DNA of 64,000 bases from Callorhinchus milii. Lineage: Eukaryota. The notes under the pieces are model-generated. The model was not told the DNA's origin, searched no databases, and saw only the letters and a list, made by a program, of their open reading frames with translations. The number at the start of each line of letters is the position of its first letter. Position 1 is the stretch's first letter. The position numbers were made by a program, and so were the translations under genes. The stretch covers positions 113,834,001-113,898,000 of the forward strand of contig NW_024704743.1 of NCBI RefSeq assembly GCF_018977255.1, given 5' to 3'. Below are positions 54,388-64,000 of the stretch, piece after piece.

Positions 54388-54740
54388 GGAGTCCTATAGC
54401 TTAGTGGTTAGAGCACTCGCCTCGCAGGTGAGTGGACCCGGGTTTGATTCCTGAGCCGGGGGGGAATGTTGGGCAAGTTTCCTTACTCCACATGCCTGTT
54501 TACCTGATGGTAAGTAGGAACCAGGTTATTAGGTGACTTGTGGATTGCTTTTCCGAGGGTAATAATCCCTTCTAAATAAATAGTAATTTGGTCACTCAAT
54601 CCACGACTGTTTGTGGGACATTGCTGTCCACAATTAGTTGCCGCATTTTGCCCACAAAATAGTCAATTCACTTTATAGTATGCACTTGGAGGCCCCTTGA
54701 ACACATGGTGAGGCGCTACATCAAATGCAAGTATTATATT
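54388..54740 (+). mobile_element. tRNA-derived SINE, full length, long subfamily
   Basis: Head, extra block GTTTACCTGATGGTAAGTAGGAACCAGGTT, body and tail. Confidence 0.88.
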
Positions 54741-55372
54741 ATTTATGGTCTTTTCTAAACTATAGTTGATAAATGTCCTTAATTGGCAAAAGGTAGCAGT
54801 TTGTTTGCTGTTTAATATAGTACATCATGTCTCATTGTTTCATTCATTGAATTACTTTGAAATGTAGTAACTAGTAATTGTAATGTAGACTGTGCTACAA
54901 ATCTTTAAGTCGTGTCCCACAAACCAGGAATGTGATGATTAATCACATTATCTTCTTTGTGATAGTGCCATGGGTGGGGTACATCAACAAAGCAGACAGG
55001 TTTAAATTCCAAGATCTGATTTTCCTTGCTTTTAAACATTTTTTTCTATCCCTTTACAAATTGTTCGTACCTCCACTTCATAGTTTTAACTTTTTTTGTT
55101 GGTTTGGAAGTGTGGTGTCATGTGTTCTGTCCTTTTCACCCCAGAGATTTGTTAAGCTGTAACTTTGAAATAAAATCCCGATTTAGCCTGATCATTGCTC
55201 TAGTCATTTCAAGGAACCATTTACTAAAGCTTGGTAATGCTATCTTAGCAAATTGATTTATGTCACCCGACCATGACCGTGGCAATATTTTGTTCGCCAA
55301 AACATAATGCATTGCATTAATACTGTCATGTATTCCACCATGAGTTAAATTAAGTTGTAGTAAATATGAATC

Positions 55373-55689
55373 ATAATAATAATAATAATCCTTGCATTTG
55401 ATATAGCACTTTTCACGTCGGGAGGACGTCCCGAAGCGCTTCACAGAATATACTGTAAAGTGAATTGACTGTATATTTGTGGACGAACGCGGCAGCCAAT
55501 TGCGCACTGCAATGTCCCACAAACAGTCGTGGATTGAAAATGACCAATTTATTATTGTTTTTGGTTTTGGAGGGATTATTATTAGGCTCTGTGTGGAGTA
55601 AGGAAACTTGCCCAAGGTTTCGCCCTCTGCCTGGAATTGAACTCGGGTCTCTCACTTGCAAAGCGAGTGCTCTAACCACTGAGCTACAG
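55373..55689 (-). mobile_element. tRNA-derived SINE, near full length, short subfamily
   Basis: Near-identical to the reverse complement of 1929-2253. Confidence 0.92.
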
Positions 55690-57856
55690 TTGCTTACATG
55701 TGATATGTCAGAAGGACTTCTCAAAGTGTTTCACAGAATATATTATAATCGGAAGTGACTGTATTTTGTAGGTGAACGAAAAGCAGATTCTGCCTGACCA
55801 CTTGCTACTGTGTTTGAAATATCATTTTATTGAGTTTTTAGTTTCACATTTGGAAACCATTTAATAGCAGCAAAACATTTTTTTTAAATGCTTGTATTTT
55901 ACTTAATAAACTAAAGATCCTTTTTGCTCAAATGTGTGATAGCAGCTTATTATTGACACCATTGGCTCCAGAGTTTAGATTTTTGGCGTATGTCTCAGGG
56001 TTGTATTTAACTTGCCCCAATTGGGATGTTTTGCTTTGTGCTATCTTCAAACTTGATTAAATGCTTTGACATAACTGCAGAGATAATGTATTTGTTTTGA
56101 GAGGGTGTTGCAATTAAATGATACATTGAATTATTTTCTACCTTTAATTTTTTTTGGTGAAATTACTTCTGTTTATTTGAAATACAGTGATCATAAACTT
56201 TGGAAACTCTAAAGTTTGTTTAAAATGTTATTTTAAAGAGATATCTCTAAAGAGAACTGATCATATGCTATAATGTGTTGCTAATTCTCCAACTGTTATG
56301 GAAAGACATGATAATGATGAAAAATAAGTGGCATTTGTTTTTTTTAATGGGTGGAAGTAGTTGCATGGTACAGTGAAAGCATGTGCCTGACAGAGAGTGA
56401 ACTTACTGAGATAGCAGAATAGACCCGCTACTCATAATGAAAGAGGATAGTGTTATTTAGAATCAACCCTCCTGCTTTGTGAGGAATAGCCCATGGTCTG
56501 ACACGGGATTGGCAGTCGGCCTGGTGTGTGTGTCTTGGCAATTTGAATTGGCCAGGTGCCAAAATGGCTTAGCGAAAAATAAATTAACAGATGTGTAGTG
56601 CACAAGAGCTGAAGCATAGCTCCTCATTGGTGGTTATTGCCAGGGCAAAATGAGGTTAACTTGAGATTGATTTAATGGGGGGGAGGGGGTGCCAAATCAT
56701 TACTGTACTTGCATTGGAAAAATAAGCAGTGTTGATTGTTATCGATAGTTTCTTGTTTGTACACTAGTATGTAGCATGAAAATGGAAACCAATTAGCTTG
56801 AATATTAATGATATTTTAACCTCCCATTCTACAAAGCAACTTGCCATTTTTTTTCAAGGCAGTGGGTCAAAGTTTGTGCCAGATCAAGAACACAACTTTT
56901 TAAAATATGTTTCTTTGGCAGAAAATTCTATAGGAGTTTTAAATGCTACTTTAACTGCATAGAGAAGTGACTATTCATTCCAGAGCAAAACAAAAATCAC
57001 TAGTTAATTATTACTTGGCAGTCAGTGAAAGCATGTGCCTGACAGAGACTGAACTTACTAAGCTGCATGCAGAATTCTGGAAGAAATTTATGCACTATGC
57101 CTTAATTCCTTCAGAAGTCTATCGTATCTTTCTAACATCCCAGTAGAGTATTGTGTGTGGACTATTTCTTGATTTGTGGGATAGGGAGCTCAGCTATGAA
57201 CCTTTTTACCTCTGATGACCGCTAGTCAAGATTTCTTCCAGATTTAGAAATTGCATTTGATTTGTTTTTATATAGTGGCCTTCACAGACAATGACGTATT
57301 AGAGTGTTTTACAGTGGTGGGAATGGACACTGAAAGGGATAGGTGACTGTACATGCATGCAAAGAGATGGGTTTTAAAGTGGGATTTGAAGATGAAGAAG
57401 GGGCAAGATGGAGGAGTCAATGGCGGGAGTTCCAGAGGTGGGGGGGTGGTGGTGGGGGACGCGTAGAATTGGAAAGCTCAGCTGCTGATGGTGGCACGGG
57501 TCAGGCTTGAATGTGCAGCAAGCCCAAATTGGCAGAGCAGTGAAGTAGGAGAAGGTCAGAGATGGGGAGGTGCTAAGGCGTGAAGGGATTTATTTATAAG
57601 TAACCGAATAATCAAATCAGCATGAAAATTTAGCCTTTAGCACCACATTTACAGAAGGTTTGAGTCTACCCCTAGTTTTCTTCCTGTCTTCTAGAAGTGC
57701 TGACTTGTTGAGATAGTTTCATTCTGGAATCTGGCTGGGCACCTCGCCTCACTCATTCTTGATTTGTGATCACAGACTGTGTAGGCAAGCTACTTAAATT
57801 GAATCACAACTGAGCCCAAGTGTGCTTGTGCCTTGTGTCTACACGCAAGCATTGTT

Positions 57857-58001
57857 GAGTCCTGTGGCTCAGTGGTTAGAACACTCGCCTTGCAAATGAG
57901 AGACCTGGGTTCGATTCCCGGCAGGGCGAAACATTGGGCAAATTTCTCAAAGACATCTCAAAGGCGTGATAAGGCACTATATCAAATACATGGATTATTA
58001 T
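57857..58001 (+). mobile_element. tRNA-SINE head fused to tail (body deleted)
   Basis: A/B boxes, then TTGGGCAAATTTC jumps to the GTGATAAGGCACTATATCAAAT tail. Confidence 0.75.
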
Positions 58002-59614
58002 TGTTTGTTAGATACATTTTCCTAGCATTGAAGCTCAATATCACCCAGATCATTTTAAAAATAATATGGTCAACTGGACAGCGAGAAATTACTCCATTGC
58101 ACTATATGCAATTCAAAAGTAAATTAATTTTAATTGAGGAAGTAAGTCTGCCTATCCGAGCAACATGTGAGCCCACATGCAAGGGGCCCATGGAAATAAC
58201 TAATGCAAGAAAATCAAATTTTGTATCTCCAGGTTACAATAGCATGAATGTGAACTTTACTGATTGTCTGATTTATCATTTTAAACTTGATTTCATACAG
58301 TTAGTCTTTCCAACAATCTCGGTATAGTTTCTGTCCTACAACATAAATGTAATGTCATTCTATAGTGACTCCACCTAAAAGTGAAACTTTGTTATAAAGT
58401 ATCCTGAGTCCAAAATCAGGCCGCGTTATAAGCGAAGTGTGAAAGAATTGGCTTAATTCCACGTTTTGGGTTTGTTGCTGATGTTTCTTCCTTTGTGAAA
58501 TGTGTCAGATGACCTGACAACATGCAAGTCAGCCTGTGTGTTTTTTTTAAGCTCAGGAAGCCATTACACCACCAGTGGCCTCTCTCCTGAAACACCACTC
58601 TACAGGCTATATGCATTTGAGGCGTGTGTTAACTCTCTCCTTAAAATGAACAATCGACAATTAAGCAAAGAAGAAACTGACAAGCGTGGATTAAAATGAA
58701 TGTTGTGTTACAGCAGGCTAGAATTTGGGGACATTATTTTGCAGTTCTATAGAATTCAACATTTTGGCCATAATTTCAGATGTTGCTTTATTTTGCTGAT
58801 GGAACTGAATATATACCAATACATTTTCTGTATTGTGAAATGTGTTCAAATCCTCCGAAGCATGTAAATGCATTTTTCCTTGACATTTTTGAACATTATA
58901 GGAATCTGTTTCATTCCTGTAACCAGTTTATTTTGATTTACATCCTTCCTGGGTTCTAACCTTCAACTGTATCATGGCACTGCTATTGCTTGTAACATTT
59001 CTGTATCTGCAGTTGCAGCAAAAAAAGTTAATAGCCAAAGTCACATTTACTGTTCGTCTTCATACTTTCCATCTGCTGGTTGATTTAACCTGTTAGCAAG
59101 TTAGCTATGCTATGTTATAAAAAGGCTGAGATGGAGGGTATAATTCCTCATTCATGCTGTTGTTGGCAGCAGTGTAGCAAGCAATTTGTACACAGCAGTG
59201 CATTGTGCACCCTCCCTTAAAATGTAATTTACTATAACCCTGCAATTAGGAGTTCAATGAAGTATTTGGTGTTGCATTTTAGTACCACCTCTGTATTCAG
59301 TAGATTTTTAACTACCTACTAGGTGTTGTACTATTAATTACGGTGAAAGCAATTTATGTTGCTGAACAAAGTGCGACACAAGAAATATTGTACAGTGTGA
59401 CCTGTTCATAACCTGGGCCAAAAGAAACGTGCGGCTGCACTTTTTCCGCCGAAGCCGCTACAAACACCCATACTCGCTACAAAACCCGCTATCAATGTAG
59501 TTTCTGGCCCGCGAGCCTCCTGACTGTTTACCTGACGTCACTGTGGGCTTTTCTGGACCTGCATGGACTGTCGGCGCAAGCGGCAGATGGGCTTCACTGT
59601 GTGATTATCTTTGG

Positions 59615-59828
59615 GATTCTGTGCGCGCCTGTGGGGGGGAGGGATCCTGTGCGCGCCTGTGGGGGAGGGGGATCCTGTGCGCGCCTGTGGGGGAGGGGGA
59701 TCCTGTGCGCGCCTGTGGGGGAGGGGGATCCTGTGCGCGCCTGTGGGGGAGAGGGATCCTGTGCGCGCCTGTGGGGGAGGGGGATCCTGTGCGCGCCTGT
59801 GGGGGAGGGGGATCCTGTGCGCGCCTGT
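59615..59828. repeat. Minisatellite, 28-bp unit GATCCTGTGCGCGCCTGTGGGGGAGGGG, 7 full + 1 partial copies
   Basis: Unit starts at 59615, 59643, 59671, 59699, 59727, 59755, 59783, 59811. Confidence 0.97.
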
Positions 59829-61654
59829 CGAGGGGCTTTCATCCGCGCTGGTGGGGGTTCGGGGGATTTCCTTGCACGCTGGTGGTGAGGGGGGAATGTG
59901 TGTGGGTGTGATTCTGGGTGCCCGGGTGTGATCTGTGTCTGAGTGTGTCTGTGCGGTGCTGGGCCTTGAGAACTCCTGTAGACTTGCTGGTGTACCCCCT
60001 CTTTTTCTCTCTCCCTCCCCCGCCAAAATAAGGCCACACAGTTTTTTTTAAAGCAACAATTATTTTTTTTTTGCAATAGTCTAATGTATTATTTCCTCAT
60101 GTTTAGTTTTTATCAATAAAGTGAAAAAATGTAGGTTGGCAGTAAAATGTACCTCAATAGCACCAATCAACTCCCCACCATTTTCTGCAAAATTTGTGAA
60201 AAATTTCCCCGCAATTTGCCAATCTTCCTGCAATTTTTGGCAAACATTCCACACTTTCTATGGGCCCAGCTCATACCCCACATCTCTGCCCACCCCATTC
60301 ACTCAGCAGGCACTGGCCTGCTTTGTGTCCATTGATTCCTCTGTGCCATCATCGGTAGCCATGCCTTCAGCCATTGCGCCCCTGACCTGTGGAACTCTCT
60401 GCCTCGAGCCCTCTTTACCTTTAAATCCCATTTTAAGATCTAACTCTTCGACTGCGCCTAAGGTCACTGGCCATTCGTCCTTCTCCTTATCTTGGCATCC
60501 AATCCCACTACTGTGCATCATTCGGACACAATCCTATGAAGGGTGCTATATAACTCAGGTTATTATTGCATCTTCAAAGCTACACTTGCTTCATCTTCCA
60601 AATCAGATAAGAACTGGTGTAGAGTTTGTAATTGTATATTAATTTTGTTTCTAAAAAGAGACTGGCAAGTTAGCAGGTATTTCCTCCCCCCTGGAATTCA
60701 GCAGTTATTTCTGACAGCATATTATAATTCTGTTGTTCCTTTTCAATTCTTTGCATGTTTTGTTTTTAGACAACTTTTTTTTCCTGCAGCATTTTACATT
60801 CTCCTAAAATCACCCAACTCACCCATTGGTTTCTCTCTCCTTACAATAAGCTAAACTCAGTGCACTTTTTTCTTAACTCAATACCTCCAATTTGCTGCTT
60901 TCTCTTCATCTATTCTCCACTCAATTTTTCATGTTTCTTTCCTTTCTCTTCCTTCCCCCTCTTCCCCTGGGTAGAAAAAATTGAGGATACATATAAAAGG
61001 GCAACATGGGGAGCTTTTACTTTATGCTCTGTGATCAAGTTTGGTATAAATCAGAAACATCTGTTCACATTAAAGGTAAAGCCTTCTCCCATCACAAAAT
61101 CATGTTGCATTACACTCAGACTATGTGGAGGGCGCTATATTGTGTGCAGTTGGCTGCCATGTTTTGCCCACAAAATAGTCGATCCAGTTTACAATATATT
61201 CTGTGAAGTGTTTTGAAACATCTCAATGATGTGATAAGGTGCTATATCAAATACAAGTATTATTCTTGTAAATGCAAGTTGTAAATTCAACAATTAAGCC
61301 ATGGTTATCACTGTGCATATGCTGACAAATGGTTTGGTTGCCATTCAGATTAAAATGCTTGTCGTGGGTCATGATAATTTTCTTGAACGATAATTTTTTG
61401 ACAAACTGACCAGTGTAGTCCCGTAAACAGATAACTAGCCAGACTGGGCATGTTTGTGTTTGATCAAATCTGTTTTGTGTAGTTATATAGTGTATATATT
61501 TGGAATATACCAAGTGACTGTTGGGCTTTGTTTTAAAAAAGCTTCAAGTGGTGTCAATCCGTAATTGGATTTATATGCACAATAGAAGACTTTCTTTTTT
61601 TTTGTAACTAAAACCTTATGCAATTTAAGAATGAGCAGAGCACAATTTAATACT

Positions 61655-61967
61655 AATAATAAATAATCCTTGCATTTGATATAGTGCTTTTTTCACGTCT
61701 TTCAGACATCTCAAAGCGCTTCACAGAATAGACTGTAAAGTGAATTGACTATATATTTGTGGACGAAACGCGGCAACCAATTGCGCAAAGCAGTGCCCCA
61801 CAAACAGTCGTGGATTGAAGTGATCAATTTTATTATTGTTTATTTTGAAGGATTATTATCAGGCGTGCGGAGTAAGGAAACTTGCCCAAGGTTTCACCCT
61901 ACCGGGAATCGAAACCAGGTCTCTCGCTTGCGAGGCGAGTGCTCTAACCACTGAGCTGCAGGACTCC
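61655..61967 (-). mobile_element. tRNA-derived SINE, full length
   Basis: Reverse complement of head, body and tail. Confidence 0.9.
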
Positions 61968-62749
61968 TTTGAAGTGAGCTCTAACATTGTTAAGTTTGCA
62001 ATTCATGTATTGCTGTATGAATATCTAATTTGATTTATTGTTGTAAGATACAGACAGTAGTTGTGCAACAGGATTTGAAGCTTCTCCTGGTTGATCTACA
62101 AAGAAGGGTATTATATCGTATTCACAGTTCAGATTTTAACACATGGGAAGATTGCTGGGCAATACTGAAATATTTTGGTGTTTCTGATATAAGTTCTCTG
62201 ATGTTCACAAAAAACTTTATGGTTTTATTCTTTAATCTACTTGTCAATCATGCATGAAACCTAGTCGATGATGCAATAGTAGGATTGCCTGAGATATTTG
62301 TTTTCATTTATAAATGCTCTTCAGTATATTTGTCTAATTTACATTAAAATTGAGCAATTATTTTGAAGTGAGCGGGTGGAACAAGCTCTTCTTTATGGAT
62401 TTACTCTTTGTAAATCCAACCTAATTCAACTTGAAAATGGAAAAAATTACAGGTTTATGCCAAATATACAATTCTGATTTATACTGAACTCAATCATAAT
62501 TCAGTGTGTGAAGTAAATGCTCCCCATACTGCCCTTTTACAGTTATCCGCAATTCTTTCTACTCAGGGTGTAGGGGTGAGGGGTGGGGGAGAGTGGAAAG
62601 AAAGATTAAATCAATCAGAGCTGACAAAACAATTTAAACAGCTATGCTTATGGCTTGCAATCTAGAAAAATAAATCAATTATAAAATGTTAGTGTTGAAC
62701 ATATTTTCCTTGTAGCCTACTGTTGAGGTATGAACTTGCCCGGTTGATA

Positions 62750-62950
62750 GTGCGTTTGCCTCTGTAGCCTATGGGTTCAATTCTCACATAAAGACTTTGA
62801 GCTCATAATTTAGGCTGACGTTCAAAGTGCAGTGCCAAGACTGCCGCTGCATTGTCCAGAGGTGCTCCTCTTTGATTAAGCTGAGATCCTGGCTTCCTAT
62901 TCAGGTGCAAGTTAAAGATCCCATGGTGCTATTTGAAAAGAGCACTCTCT
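62750..62950 (+). mobile_element. Old Deu-domain-type SINE remnant
   Basis: TGGGTTCAA B box, CAGAGGTGC, TTCAGGTG..GTTAAAGATCCCATGGTGCTATTTGAA. Confidence 0.6.
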
Positions 62951-63276
62951 ATCACAGAAGCGATATTATCTTGGTTTTATGTTCTGGACCTTTTATTAAA
63001 AAGTTGAATATCCTATTAGCTATATTGATTGCTTTCTACTCTTGAATAATTAGGTTTTAACTTCTTATGTACTTAACTGTCTAAATCCCCTTACTAATCT
63101 GCTATTTGTAGTGTTTCCTTAATTTGCTATGTTAAGATCTATATGCTGTGTTTTTGCTCACTCATTTAATCTGTTTATTTATTTGCAGTTTTCTGCTGTG
63201 CACTTCAATTTGAGTGCTACATCTAAGTGTCATCAGCATTTTCTTTATTTCTTATATCTAGATGTCAATTTGTAGC

Positions 63277-63650
63277 ACTGAGTCAGAAGGTTGTGGGTTC
63301 AGGCCCACATGGGAAGCACTCAAACACTCCAATGCAATGCTGGGAAGCGCTGTAATGTTAAAGCTCTTCTGATGAGACGTTAAACTGAGGTCCCATCTGT
63401 TCAGGTGGACGTTAAAGGTTCCATGGCACTATTTGCAAACTGAAGGATATTTCTTGTGTCATATCCAAGAATCCCCAGACTTTTTTAAATATATATTGGT
63501 CATTCACTTCATGGCTGTTGTGGGATATTGTGTGCAAATTAGCTGTCATGTTTGCCTATCAATATACATGGTACACTTTGCAACCTCTGTGCAGCAAGTG
63601 TTTAGATGTTTTGATGCCGTAAGGCAAATCAAATGCAATTATTTATTAAG
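63277..63650 (+). mobile_element. Old Deu-domain SINE (SacSINE1/AmnSINE1-like)
   Basis: GAGTCAGAAGGTTGTGGGTTCA head; GATGAGACGTTAAACTGAGG..CAGGTGGACGTTAAAG..CCATGGCACTATTT core, recalled as the Deu domain; L2-like tail. Confidence 0.7.
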
Positions 63651-64000
63651 AATGTAATGCAGTCTAAAGGTATTACTTGTTGCCATAATGAATCTTTTGT
63701 CCTGACATCTAGCAGTTTCTTTGTATTCTGTGCATATGCTGCTGCACAACTAAAACTACTAGGAAATATGATGAATAAATTGTATCATTGACCATGCTTT
63801 TGTAAATGTGATGTGATTTTTGCATTAATGAGAGATATTTTGCTTGCTCACTATATGAAGGTTGCCTTTTGCCTATGTTAATTATCCACCTATGTTCCCT
63901 CTGCCCTTCCTCCAATTTTCTTCCTTTCACTTTTGAAAACCAAGCTTGCTCAGAAGCAGTAAATGCTCAACTGAATTCTGTAAACTTTGACATAATGAGA

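Noticed and set aside
55136..55758. Recurring [32 protein letters not shown] peptide ORFs
   Set aside because: Translations of the non-coding SINE; they recur wherever the SINE does
59538..60076. Repetitive ORFs in several frames
   Set aside because: Translations of the stop-free 28-bp minisatellite

Overview
Vertebrate genomic DNA, most likely from a cartilaginous fish (chimaera/shark-type repeat landscape; species is an inference). Bases 948-13281 hold a complete 11-exon TRAM1 gene on the + strand. I assembled it by hand: all introns are GT-AG with compatible phases, and the CDS is 1119 nt (372 aa) ending in a KxKxx ER-retrieval motif. A repeat-rich intergenic region follows (~16-29.5 kb), then a large CpG island (~29.8-32.9 kb). 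The island contains a short first exon I recognise as the NCOA2 5' leader, consistent with the TRAM1-NCOA2 order in vertebrates. The rest of the window looks like NCOA2 5' intron; I found no NCOA2 coding exon. Repeats include a young tRNA-derived SINE (long and short subfamilies, sharing its 3' tail with a local L2 LINE), older Deu-type SINEs, CR1 and L2 fragments, a palindromic MITE-like element and a 28-bp minisatellite. The best lead is a 22-codon strong-Kozak uORF in NCOA2 exon 1 that appears frame-conserved with the human leader as I recall it. Most ORFs in the supplied track are spurious.
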